A stretch of 64,000 bases of DNA. Origin: Diplonema japonicum. Lineage: Eukaryota > Protista > Euglenozoa: Diplonemea. Of this stretch, positions 26,318 through 36,987 are shown in pieces (positions within the stretch are counted from its first letter, which is position 1; each line of letters opens with the position of its first letter). The position numbers and the translations under genes were made by a program. The notes under the pieces were generated by a model. The model searched no databases, was not told the DNA's origin, and saw only the letters and a program-made list of their open reading frames with translations. The stretch lies in assembly GCA_964019335.1 (NCBI GenBank), contig OZ025720.1:372001-436000 (forward strand). The letters are read 5' to 3'.

Positions 26318-26853
26318 CCACTAAAGGACCATGAGGACATATGTGTCCTTAAGAAAAATTATCTTTTCTATGTGACACTTTTTGTGCCCCACAGCTACCC
26401 ATTGTTCCGCGATTTTTTTTTTTTATTTGAAATACCCTTTTGCGCGAAGAACAAACACAAACCCTGACATGGTAAAATACCGACAATTCTGGGGACGCTT
26501 GAAAAAAAAAATCCTCAAAGGGCTCCAGCGCGCCAGGACCCAATGTTGGAAGAAAATCGACATCTGTGGGAAAAAAAAAAAGTGGGGGAGGCTGTCCTCC
26601 GCCCTCGAGTGGGTTGAGCAAGGTCGCTCGTGATGCTCAGTACTTCGTCGTATATTTCCTCTCCCGACCCCGTATGAACTCTAAGTGAGCCCCCCTGCAT
26701 GAAAAATAAACTGTTTTTTTTACCCCCTGGTCACGTGCTTTTTAAAGGGTATAGTGTACTTTCCTATGGTTAAACTCTCGCATTTTTTTTTCCCGGGTTC
26801 GTAAATAGACGGTCCTTGGCACCTTTTTCGCCAAAACCCCGGTCCTTTAGTGG
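26318..26853. mobile_element. piggyBac-like MITE (536 bp)
   Basis: Perfect 13-bp TIR CCACTAAAGGACC / GGTCCTTTAGTGG flanked by TTAA on both sides (26314-17, 26854-57); no transposase ORF. Confidence 0.8.
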
Positions 26854-27287
26854 TTAAAAAAAAAAAAAAAAGAGAGAGAGAAGAAAAAAAAAGGGAGGAA
26901 GCGATCATCAACTCGGTGGTGAATCACGAGACCCCCTTTTTTTTTCTCTTTTTTTCTTTCTTTCCTCTCCCTTTTACTGAGAAAAAAAAAACAGAAAACA
27001 GAGAGTGTTATTTTTTTTTTTGTCCCTACACCCCTTTTAATCCTTTTTTTTTTTTTTTTTACCCCCATTTTTTTTTTTTAAATTCTAATTATTTACTTGC
27101 GTCTGGAAACACACCCCCCTAGGTAATACCATTTTGAGAATATAAAAAGAAAAAAAAATCTTAATTGGGTCCCTCCTTATTACCACCACAGTACCTCTTT
27201 TTCAAACTTGTTCGATTTTTTTTTCTCCCCCCCCCTTTTTTTTTTCATCAAAAAAATTTTTTTTCATCATCACTTCACTTTTTTTTT

Positions 27288-28025
27288 TTAAACTTCAACG
27301 CAGTTCGAAGCAAGTCCATAAGGGTCGTACCTAAAACAGCCAGTACTTTTGCGGGACCCCATGCCCTTTTGGCTAGAATCACTATCAGATTCGGCTTCTG
27401 GGGTGACTGCATAGCGCCACTCATGACCAGGGGAGGGAATGGATCCAACACCATTAATGCTATCATCAAGGTTGATAATAGGCGCTTTGATCCCCTTAGC
27501 GGGACGAAATGTAGCCCTTGGGGAAGCTACTGGGGTCCCTGTCGGTGAAGCGGCGGGGGTGCTCACAACACTGTCATCCCCTCTGAACCTGTTGAGAAGG
27601 GCTACTACACTGGGATCACGGAGCGGTGCCCCGTGGGCTCTAAGGACAGGATCGAGCACCCGCGGGCCATGAGCATCCACACGCTCCTTGAGGCTGCGCT
27701 TCCTGAAGTGAAGGTGGAGCATGTAACAGTCATCACCCTTTTCACAGCAGCCTTTCGACCAGAAGGTTTCGCATTTCCAGATTTTGACCTTCTCAACTTG
27801 CGCTCTAATCTTCTTCTCGCACACCCTACAGCGAATTGTCTGCGTGTTTTTTTTTTTTTTTTTTTTTTTTTTTTGTATAAATAAAAAGAATACCATTTGC
27901 CCCCTCATCACCCTGACATTGTCGAAAGAATTAACCCTGCAGCACCTAGGTGGTGCTCCCTCTGTGTTCGGCAGGGTCTCTTCGAGCGCCGTGGTGGGGA
28001 CTGTGATGGCTTCGGTGGTGTGCAT
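27288..28025 (-). CDS. Zinc-finger protein paralogous to 13001..13744; intron 27840..27893
   Basis: CCRVNSFDNVRV..M|TIRCRVCE and CETFWSKGCCEKGDDCYMLH. Removing the 54-nt GT-AG poly(A) intron restores alignment with the paralogue. Confidence 0.85.
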   Translation of the reverse strand: MHTTEAITVPTTALEETLPNTEGAPPRCCRVNSFDNVRVMRGQMVFFLFIQKKKKKKKKNTQTIRCRVCEKKIRAQVEKVKIWKCETFWSKGCCEKGDDCYMLHLHFRKRSLKERVDAHGPRVLDPVLRAHGAPLRDPSVVALLNRFRGDDSVVSTPAASPTGTPVASPRATFRPAKGIKAPIINLDDSINGVGSIPSPGHEWRYAVTPEAESDSDSSQKGMGSRKSTGCFRYDPYGLASNCVEV

Positions 28026-28315
28026 TTTTTTTTTTCCCTTTTTTTTTTCTTGCTTTCTTCTTTTCTTATAGGAGAACTAGAGAGGGGGGGAAAAGGTGAG
28101 GAAGCGATTCGGTGGGGGTATTTTTCTTTGTAGAAAAAAAAAATGTGTTGTTGTGTGTGTGTTGTGTCCTGAAGGTGAGGGTTTAAAGGCAAGGGCAGGG
28201 ATCAGAAGGAGAGAATAAAGAGGGACTTGTAATACTGTGCAGTTCATGCGCACAGGTGGTTTGTGACCCGGAAGTGCCACAGGAAAAAAAAGGAAAGAAG
28301 GAGGAGTGTGTGTGT

Positions 28316-28346
<31 letters not shown>

Positions 28347-28680
28347 GGAACTGGAAATGTCGTATTTTAAATTGTTAAGTTCTTTTTTAAAAAAAAACTC
28401 CATCTTAAGTATCTAAAACCTTAACAATTAAAATGCGGCAGAAGGGGGTGGGGGGGTGTAAACAGAAAAAGAGAAAGAAAAAAAAAAAACTCTCAGATGA
28501 ATACTTTTTTTTTAAACTTTTTTTAAAAAAAATCTTTTACCCCTCATGTCAGCAATAACAGAGGGGGAAAAAAAGGAAAAAAAAAAAAGAGAGAAGGAAA
28601 AAAAAAGAAAAACTATTCTTCTAATTCTTCTGCGAAAAAAGGGGGGGACCTGGTTTTATATTTTCGAAAAAAAGGGGGGA

Positions 28681-29012
28681 TCACGAAGGGCCAGCTCTCA
28701 ATAAAGTGAAGAATGACGGCACGGTCTGAGGGCGGTGGACCTTTGTGGTCACAGGGCGACGAGCTCGGGGCTGCTGCGGCCTGTGCAGAGAGACCTGCAT
28801 GCTGTCTCCACTGACATCAAACCCTATGGCCCCCAGAGACAGCGCGTCACCACCCCCTGTGTCCACCGCAGGGTTCCTCAGGTTGCTTTCATACATCTGT
28901 TGCCTTTTGGTAACAAAACTGTTTTTGGTTTGTGTCTTGATACGCTGCCGACGTTTCATGGGCTCCGGGCTGTCAAAGCACCGGCTGAACCCTTGTGGTG
29001 GTGGTGATCCCT

Positions 29013-29054
<42 letters not shown>

Positions 29055-29139
29055 TTTGTGGTTCCCCTTCCCTCCACACCTTTCTCTCGACGTGCAGAGC
29101 AAACGGGGACTGCATTTGTATATCTTGCCTTCCCCTCGT

Positions 29140-29175
<36 letters not shown>

Positions 29176-30075
29176 GACACACCCAATTCCAAGATTCGTG
29201 ACCTCAACGAACCCACTCTGTTCATCTGGGCACGGTGACGCAACACGTAGCGGGGGTGACGGGTGGGCTTGGTGCGCCGTCTTTATCACAGGGTTGGGGG
29301 TAATGGGGACACCAGAGTCCACCAAAGGAGGATCCTTCCTCTGCAAAATACCAACCGTCGCTTGGTTCTTGTCGGGCAGGAGGGACAGACCCCGCTGCGG
29401 CTGCGGTTGTTCCAGCACCTTGGCAAAGGTCAGGACTTTCTTTTTAGCATGCCGCTTTTTCGCCGCCTCCGCCTCCACAGCATTCCGCAACGCTGCATTC
29501 TTAACATGCTGCAGCCCAAGGGAGTTTAAATACGTATTGCGCAACACAAGCACATCTGGTTCAACAGTACTCATATCGTACTCCGTGGAAAGAAGACCTT
29601 TTAAAGAAGGTGATGAAACACGTTTGGACAACGAACGGAGCTGCCTTGAGAAGTAAGGCTTGATGTTCATATCTGGATGAGCTGCTTGCAGGTATGAAAC
29701 AGCAATGTCATAAGGCAGTTTGTACTTGGACATCAGGTAACTAGCTGCTGCTACGCAACATCTGTTCACCCCGAAGATGGAGTGGATAAGGACGCATTCC
29801 CCTTTGCTTAGGGGCTTGTCTATGAATTCTCGGAGTTGTTTAACGGTCCTTCCCTCCCCTGTGGAGGCGTCGATGACTTGAACACCCGGGGCGTCACGCC
29901 AGTGGAGCTGGAGGTAGTGCATCCCATATGCCTGGAAGGTGTTACCCGTCTCCATCCCTGCGCAGTTTATAACATGAGTTACCTTATTCGTTCCCAAAAA
30001 CCCCGGGTCTCTCGACGCCGCTACATTCCCCACAAATATCCCATCTTTTACACGAACGGCGAGAAGGGAGTCCAT
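28681..30075 (-). CDS. Dual-specificity phosphatase-like protein, probably catalytically inactive; introns 29141..29182 and 29011..29079
   Basis: DSP fold motifs (IFVGN, VTHVINC, VLIHSIFGVNRC, AASYLM). Catalytic Cys is replaced by Ser. The two poly-K blocks correspond to GT-AG introns. Confidence 0.85.
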
Positions 30076-30480
30076 TCACCTCAGACCTTTTTTTTCAGAG
30101 CATTTTTTTTTTCCTTTTTTTCCCCCCCCTTCTGTGGTAATAGAATTGAAAAGGGGGAAAAAAAAAAGGAGATAAAAAAAATAGGGATTTGGTGGAACAA
30201 GAAGGGGGCGTGCGGTTTTCTTTTTTTTTTTTTCTCAATTGTGTGGGAAGAAAAAAAGTGTGTTTTGAAGGAGTGGAAAAAAAAAGAGAGGGAAAGGGGG
30301 GGGGAGAAAAAATGAAAGGAATAGGATTTATTATCGGGGAGAGCAGTCTGTGCAACATACAGGTTGCAATGGCTCCTCCCTCTTTTATTTTACTTTTTTT
30401 TTTTCTCTTTCTTTTTTTCCCCCCCCCTCCCCTGCCACGAACGTGTAAACTGATTAAACATTTGGATTTCTAATCTGGGG

Positions 30481-30558
30481 GCGCCGAAGCTACAGCTAGG
30501 CCGAGGTGCGCCCCTGTAATCAAGTAGATGGTGCTTGTGCAGGGTGCCCCCACCGGCT
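30481..30558 (-). repeat. Dispersed GC-rich repeat, 5' fragment (copy 3)
   Basis: Reverse complement GCCGGTG...CTGCACAAG..TCTACTTGATTACAGGGGCGC...TGTAGCTTC matches the start of copy 1. Confidence 0.7.
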
Positions 30559-30957
30559 TTTTTTAAATCATCGGGTTTTCTTCTTCTTTTTTTTTTTTTT
30601 TTTTTTTTTTCGTGCCGCAGTTACCGGCTATAGAATAGACATAGGGGAAAGAAGGGTGAAAGAAATCTGAGACATTTAAGGTTTGCATTTTTTCGCGCTC
30701 ACCCTCGTCCTCCGGCTTCATCCTGAGAAAAAAAAGAAAAACTGCCCCACCGTCACGTGTTTGTTGTTGAAGGTTTACACAATGCCCCACCGCAAGGGCA
30801 GAGAGTCTTCTTTGTTGTGGAATCTTGTTTACGTTGAAGACTGCATGTAGCTCCATGGGAAAGACTAACTAGAAAAAAGAATTTTGGGCTTTTCCTTTTT
30901 GCCAAGCCATGTAAGTATTGGGTTCACATGTAGGAGATCAGGTGCCTTCCACCTGAT

Positions 30958-31011
30958 GGCAAGTAATGACTTACCGACCTCAAAGATGCTGAGTCATTGG
31001 GTAAGTGGTAA

Positions 31012-31053
<42 letters not shown>

Positions 31054-31125
31054 TTTTTTTCCCCCCCACCACGAGGCTAAGCAACGCAGCCCCATGAGTG
31101 CGTGAAGTAATTTCAGAAGAGCGGG
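30958..31125 (-). mobile_element. Degenerate subfamily-2 remnant of the hairpin-ended element
   Basis: Colinear patches matching copy C: AAGTAATGACTT.ACCG, GGTAAGTGGT, CACCACGAGG, AGTGCGTGAAGTAATTTC; interrupted by (ATT)n. Confidence 0.55.
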
Positions 31126-31590
31126 AAAAGATCTCGAGGGGAAAAAAAAAAGAGAAAAAAAAAAAGAAAAAGAAAAAAAAAAGAGGGAAAAAGGGAGTTG
31201 TTACATTCGCACTGCTTGCCTATGCTCAACCTTTTTTTTTCTTCTTCTTTTTTTTTTTTTTTTTTTTTTTTTTTGTGGCATTCTTCATAGAAAAGCTTTA
31301 AAAAAAGGTACACAAGTGTGAGGTGGGGCATGGGGTTTTTCCCTTGATGAGAATCTCAAGGGAGGGGAATAGAGGAGGTTCTCAGAGGAGTTCTAGCTGC
31401 GAACCATAGTGTCAACAACAACTTTTTTTTCCGTGCCACAGTAAAAAAAAAAGGGGGGGGAAACCACAGGGGGTCTCCCTTTTTTTTTACTATTTATCCA
31501 TTAGTTTAAAAAAAAAATAAGGGGTTGTTGACACTCGCATCCCCCCTCCCACCATTTTTTTTTCTTTTTTTTTTCCAGCAGGCAATTTCC

Positions 31591-31627
<37 letters not shown>

Positions 31628-32542
31628 CTCTCGCTATTTCGCGGTGTTTTTTGGTGAGTACGTTGTTGGTCAATAGTATCGTTAAGGGGGGATAAACCCC
31701 TTTTCTTTTTTTTGCGTGTTTTTTTTGTTCTTTTTTTGGAAATTCTGAAGGAAAAAAAAAGGGGCTGCTCTCCCGATAGTGATCCCTCGGCATCAGATAC
31801 CCTTCTTTTTTTTGGGGGGTGTTTTAGTACGCAGCTTTTTTTTAAGCCAAAAAGTTTACCATTTTCAGTAGTAAAGTTACTTTTTTTCTCGCGTAGATGG
31901 CGTTGAGTGAGATCTACCTTTCCTTAGATAAGCAAGGGTAGGTTACTGAAAACCGTAGTGGACAAAAAAAAAAAAAAAAGTTACTAGAAACGTTGCCCTC
32001 TCCCTTTTTTTTTTTTTTGTTTTCTTTAAAAAAGAAATTGAAAAATTCCAGTGGTGCAAGTGTGGATGCCCATATGCGAAAAAGTCGTCCAAATTTTTCC
32101 CGGGCTCTGCAAACTTGGCTTCAGTTCAACAGTTCAAAAATAGTATCCCCATCCCCCCCCCCCCCCCCCCCCCCCTTCAAAATAAGAGTAAGGTGTTGTT
32201 GTTGTTGTTGTTGTTGTGCAACGTGCCAGGAAATTATCCTGTAGAAGGTTAAAAAGAAATGCCCGGCAACTGCTGTTTTTTTTTTTTTTTTTTTTTTTTC
32301 TTGCATTGAACCTGCCAAGCAAAAAAAAGAGGGGGGGGAGGGGGGGGACACATGAAAACAGGTGAGACACCTGCCTGGATTTATCTAAAAGTCCAGAGAG
32401 GAAAAAAAAAGAGTCGGTTGGTTGTTGGATGTGCACGGCCTGGGATAACCTGTAGAAGGATAAGCCCAACAATGCCACCACTCTTTTTAGCACTAACATT
32501 TCATTGTTAAATATATTTATATATATTTTTTTTCTTTTTCGT

Positions 32543-32571
<29 letters not shown>

Positions 32572-32576
<5 letters not shown>

Positions 32577-33334
32577 GCTATTTACTGCCAACAAGTAATG
32601 ACTTTACCGTTACCTCGAGGTTCCGCATTTTACCGTCGAGGGCCCGCAGGGCCCGAGATGGTAAAATGCGGAACCGAGAGGTCGGTAAAGCATTACTTGG
32701 CGGTAGGTAAGTGGTTTTATTTCACGACACTCTGAAATTACTTCACCACGAGGGGCACAACAGGGTGACAAGGGGTACAACAAGAGAGGGGTTACAAAGG
32801 TTACAATACAAGTTGTTTTTCCTCCTTTTGTTGACTAAGAGCTGCCGCTGTCGCTGGCATTGCCACTGTCACCATCTCTAATCAGGCCTTCCCATACCTG
32901 GCGCGGCCGCTGGCTCCTTTTTTTTTGTTGCTTCGGTATTTTGAAGTCTTTTGGGGTGCTTGGGTAAGCTGACTAAGTTACCCTTACCCACAGAAGAGTT
33001 ACCCACAGAAACTGGGAACAAGGCCTAGCCAAAAGTGGGCAAATTGGGAGGAAAAAGTAGTCCAACTTGGAACTGAGCCGAGGCAAAAGTTGACCAATTG
33101 AGCTGAACCTGGGGGGAAATAGCAAACTGAGAGGAAAAAGTAGCCCCACTGGGAACCGAACCGAGGCAAAAATTGGCCTACCGAGGCATATTATTTAACG
33201 GAAACCCCCTATTACTTCACGGAAAACAGGCCATTATTTCACCGTGAAGTAATGAGATTTAGCGTGAAGTATGAGATTTAGCGTGAAGTAATGGGCCCCC
33301 CAGTGCGTGAAGTAATTTCTGAGGAGTGAAATAA
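32572..33334 (-). mobile_element. Non-autonomous hairpin-ended element, subfamily 2, copy C
   Basis: Same architecture as copies A/B in reverse orientation: 5' TTTTATTTCAC end, subterminal IR, identical hairpin tip CTCGGGCCCTGCGGGCCCTCG, 3' end TTGTTGGCAGTAAATAGCTATTT. Internal ~85-bp duplication around 33037-33180. Confidence 0.85.
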
Positions 33335-33964
33335 AAAAATAAAAAAAAACAATTAAAAAAAATCAGTGTGCAGGGTGGTCACTGCAAAAAAAAAAAAAAA
33401 ATAAAGGAAAAGAAGATAAATACAAAAAAATAAGGAACTTAGCCAGAATAGTTTTTCTTTTGGAGAGGGAGAAAAAAAAAAAAAAAGAGGGGGAGGGGGA
33501 AAAGTGCAACACTTTTATTTCATTTTTTTGCTTCCTCCCTGTCTCCCCTCTGACATTCGCATTTAGAAGAAAGAAAGAGCAAAAAAAAAAAAAGGAGAGG
33601 GGGGGAAAATATTTTTCCCCATTGTTTTCTTCCCCCTTTTTTTTTTCTGTCCTTCAAAGCTTCTTTCCTTCCAAAGCGAGAATAGCTATACTAGTCAGAT
33701 TAGGAAAAAAAAGAAGAAAAAAAAAAATATTCTTTCCAATTTTCAGTGTGCAGCTGCCTACGGTGGCTGTGCACCCTCGGCTTAGTGGGTCGGGGAAAGC
33801 CCTGTCCACTTTTTGCTGCTTTTGAAAAAATTAAAAGGGTACGAGAGAAGAGAAAAAAAGAAAAAAAAAAAAGAAAAAAAAAAAGCTCGCACAAGAATGA
33901 GGAGAAGAGAAAAAAAAAATAATGATGAAAAAAAAAAGAAAAAAAAATATATATGATACCAGCA

Positions 33965-34495
33965 CTAGTAATCCAGATCATCGAAAATATCGTTCCTAGG
34001 TGAAGAGAGCAGGGGTTCTGCCATATCAGAAGGGCTCTGTGGTGCAAACCGCACAGAAGCAGCCTTCGCATTCTTGGCACGCGGGCTTGGCAGATCGGCT
34101 ATCGTGAGCACCTGCATTCGGTCAGCCATTGTAATGAACTGCTGCTTGACAGCAAGGAGGTCCTTGATGTAGCCTTGCAGGAGAACGATGGCCAGCTGCA
34201 CATCAGCACCTCTTGGGATCTGGAGGTTCGGCCGCTCCTTCTCCAGCAGGCATATGCTTGTGAGCTCTGCCAGGTCCAAGCTGCTTCTCTCCCTTTTCTT
34301 GAACGCCCACACGCTCTCGTCGAAGGCGTCCTTCATCTCATCGCACTCCGCCTGCAGCACCTTTGCCCTCTCCTGCAGCTTCATCACCAGCCTTGACCCC
34401 ACTGCAAACGACGCCTTCTTGGTCATAGGGTGAGCCAGGTCATCCAAGTCGGACGACTCCTCATCCGAGCTGCCCTTGTCGAGACAGGCACCCAT
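33965..34495 (-). CDS. Hypothetical protein, possible N-myristoylation/palmitoylation (MGAC)
   Basis: 176-aa ORF with GC3-rich codons; CAG-G-ATG start context. Confidence 0.75.
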   Translation of the reverse strand: MGACLDKGSSDEESSDLDDLAHPMTKKASFAVGSRLVMKLQERAKVLQAECDEMKDAFDESVWAFKKRERSSLDLAELTSICLLEKERPNLQIPRGADVQLAIVLLQGYIKDLLAVKQQFITMADRMQVLTIADLPSPRAKNAKAASVRFAPQSPSDMAEPLLSSPRNDIFDDLDY

Positions 34496-34609
34496 CCTGT
34501 GTGGTTGAACATGTTGGGAGAAATAATAATAATAATAATAATAAAGGTTACAGGGATAGAAGTTCCTTAAGAAGAAGAAAGAAAAAAGAAAAGAAAAAAA
34601 AAAGGGTGA

Positions 34610-36559
34610 TCAAGCGGGGAGCACTATTCCTTCCTCCTCAGCGTATGTCATTAGCCTCTTCAGGAAGGGGTCTCTATTCAAGCACTCCGCAGACCCCACC
34701 AGAACGGCCTGTCTGCGTGCCCGTGTCACAGCCACGTTGAGTCTCCTGTGGTCGGCCAGGAAGCCTATCTCGCCCTTTGGATTGCTGCGCACAAGGGAGA
34801 TGATGACGGCCTCCTTCTCGCGTCCCTGGAAACCATCGACCGTGCCCACCTCCAGTGCGGGGAGGGCGGCCTTCAGGAGGGCAACCTGGCCTGCGTACGG
34901 ACTGATAACGGCGATGTGTTCAGGAAGGAGGCCTGCCGTCAGCAGTGTCTCGACGTAGTCCACAATGGTCTGCACCTCGCCTGCGTTCGTCTTGGACCCC
35001 GAGGCAGCCTCGGCCTCCTCGTACCCACAAGCAGAAGTGTCGAGCAGCACCATCGGGGATGTAGTCTCGACGCCCTCAGCCACGCCGTCGACGAGGTCGC
35101 ACAGCAAGTGCTCCGCAACACTCTCGTGCGGCACGACCTGGCTCTTGTAGAACTCCTCGGACGACCAGTTGCTAATGACAGCGTGCATGCGGTACTGTGT
35201 GTTGAGCAGCGTGGTGATGGCACCTCCGTGGCGAAGGTACAACCGCTCAAAGAGCGTCATCTCCAGCAGCTTTGCCTGCGTCAGGACGGTGGGCGGCAGC
35301 TGGAAGGGGTCACCAGACATGACGTACGTAGTTTCCCGCCCGCCACGCAGCAGTGCCAGCCAGACCGACGCCTCGAGAGCCTGGCATGCCTCATCCACCA
35401 CAATGAGGTCGAAGGCAAGGCCCTGCAGGCAGCGCTTCGTCGTGTTCACCAGTGTCCCGATCACTACGTTCGCGTGGTGCCCCACCTCCGCCTCCCGCGA
35501 TCGCTCGAAGTTCCTCATGTCCTTGTTCAGAGCCCGCATCTCGCGGTACAGCGGTTTCCTCTTCCCCCTGTCCCTGTCCCCGCAGCGGCGGATCTTTCTC
35601 TCCAGCTTCTGGATCTCCAAACGCAGCGACCGCATCTCCTTGTGCGAGTCGCCTCCCGCGATGCGCCCGTCCATCGAGTACGCCTGCAGCTCTTCCGGCA
35701 GCCGCCCGCTGTGCCCAAGCCTCACACACCGCAGGTCCTTCACTTCAGGGCCATCTGTGCAGAGCCGCGTCACCAAGTTGTCCGCAGCAATGTTCGAGGG
35801 CGTTGCCACCAGCACTCGTTTCTTCCTGCGAACGTACTGCCGGATAATCTCGGCAACAGTTTCTGTCTTCCCCGTGCCGGGGGGGCCCAACACCAGGTGC
35901 ATCCCCGTTGTGTCATGGACCGCCTTGGACACAGCACACTGCTGGGATTCGTTCAGGGGCACGTGGTACTTTATGAAGTCGCGATTCACATCGGTCGCCA
36001 CTTCTGCTCCTTCCTCTTCTCCGCCCTCTCCGTCACTCTTCTTTTTCATGTCTTCTTCCTCTCCACAAGAATGTGGGTCGGGCCCGAATGCAAGGTGTAG
36101 CACCTTAGACAGCATGAAGCCTTCCTTGTTGTGCAGCTTCAGGGGGAGGGAGTCTGTGGGTAGAGTGCCGAAACCTGATCCCCCACCCAGCAGGGCGTGG
36201 CGCATTGCCTTGTATGTGACATCGGAGGGCATTGGGGTCACGCTGAGTGTGCCTTCCCATTCCACGTCCCAGTCGTCTGCCTCGACGCTCACCTCTACCT
36301 TCATACCGCTGACGGAGCACAGCACACCACGCACCGACACCCCTTGCACGCCCACAGCCACAGGGCACCCTCGTGACATCTGCTTCACCTCCACTAGCCC
36401 CTTGATCGTTAGCATCATGTGTCCCCCTAGCACGCGCTCCGCAGTCACCAGGCACCCTTTCCAACTCTTCTTCCATTTTATGCTCGTTCTCTCGCCCTCT
36501 TCCTTCGCTTCTTCCTCCAAGCATTTCAGGGTCTCTGCGATCCATGTTTCGACCGCCAT
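34610..36559 (-). CDS. IGHMBP2: IGHMBP2/Hcs1-like SF1 (Upf1-family) helicase
   Basis: LNESQ, GPPGTGKT, ATPSNIAADN, VRLGH, VVDEACQ, GDPFQLPP, QYRMH, VISPYAGQV, TVDGFQGREKE, RRLNVAVTRAR. Likely start MAVETW at 36559 just after an AG. Confidence 0.9.
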   Translation of the reverse strand: MAVETWIAETLKCLEEEAKEEGERTSIKWKKSWKGCLVTAERVLGGHMMLTIKGLVEVKQMSRGCPVAVGVQGVSVRGVLCSVSGMKVEVSVEADDWDVEWEGTLSVTPMPSDVTYKAMRHALLGGGSGFGTLPTDSLPLKLHNKEGFMLSKVLHLAFGPDPHSCGEEEDMKKKSDGEGGEEEGAEVATDVNRDFIKYHVPLNESQQCAVSKAVHDTTGMHLVLGPPGTGKTETVAEIIRQYVRRKKRVLVATPSNIAADNLVTRLCTDGPEVKDLRCVRLGHSGRLPEELQAYSMDGRIAGGDSHKEMRSLRLEIQKLERKIRRCGDRDRGKRKPLYREMRALNKDMRNFERSREAEVGHHANVVIGTLVNTTKRCLQGLAFDLIVVDEACQALEASVWLALLRGGRETTYVMSGDPFQLPPTVLTQAKLLEMTLFERLYLRHGGAITTLLNTQYRMHAVISNWSSEEFYKSQVVPHESVAEHLLCDLVDGVAEGVETTSPMVLLDTSACGYEEAEAASGSKTNAGEVQTIVDYVETLLTAGLLPEHIAVISPYAGQVALLKAALPALEVGTVDGFQGREKEAVIISLVRSNPKGEIGFLADHRRLNVAVTRARRQAVLVGSAECLNRDPFLKRLMTYAEEEGIVLPA

Positions 36560-36791
36560 TGGATTTCTGTAAAAGGTGAGTAGGGAGGGAGAAAACAAAT
36601 AGAAAAAGGTTAATCGAATAGCGAAGTTGCACAGTGTGGTATTGCTGTGTTCCTTTCGGCAGGTAACGTTAGTTTTTTTTTGGGGGGAGGGCAAAAGGAA
36701 ACAGGGAACAAAGGTACACCACCACCATATTTCGCATTATTGGGTAATGAACCTTTTTGGATTAAAACAAAAACGAGAGGAGCAAGAACAA

Positions 36792-36963
36792 AAAGGGGGG
36801 AAGTCCGAATAATCCCTTTATCTGAGCAATGGAGGGGGGTGTTTGGGCTCCAAAAAAAAAGGGGGGGATCGGGAATTATTTGGGAAATCTAGAGCCGAAA
36901 AATCCTCGAAAGAATTATTTGGGAAACACATTATTTGGGATGGAATTATTCGGGCCTCCCTTT
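36792..36963. mobile_element. Possible small MITE
   Basis: Imperfect terminal inverted repeat (GGGAAGTCCGAATAATCCC / GGAATTATTCGGGCCTCCC) and three internal ATTATTTGGGA repeats; no clear TSD. Confidence 0.4.
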
Positions 36964-36987
36964 AGACATTAAAAGGCAAAGGAAAAA

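Noticed and set aside
28940-29200. Genuine poly-lysine tracts in the DSP protein
   Set aside because: Each tract is bounded by GT...AG and matches the intron pattern validated by paralogue alignment at 27840-27893.
1199-33900. Dozens of poly-K/poly-F/poly-P/poly-G ORFs in the track
   Set aside because: They result from homopolymer runs lacking stop codons; no domain signal.
34748-36572. Long plus-strand ORFs (450 and 467 aa) opposite the SF1 helicase
   Set aside because: Antisense shadows of a GC3-rich gene with no recognisable motifs.
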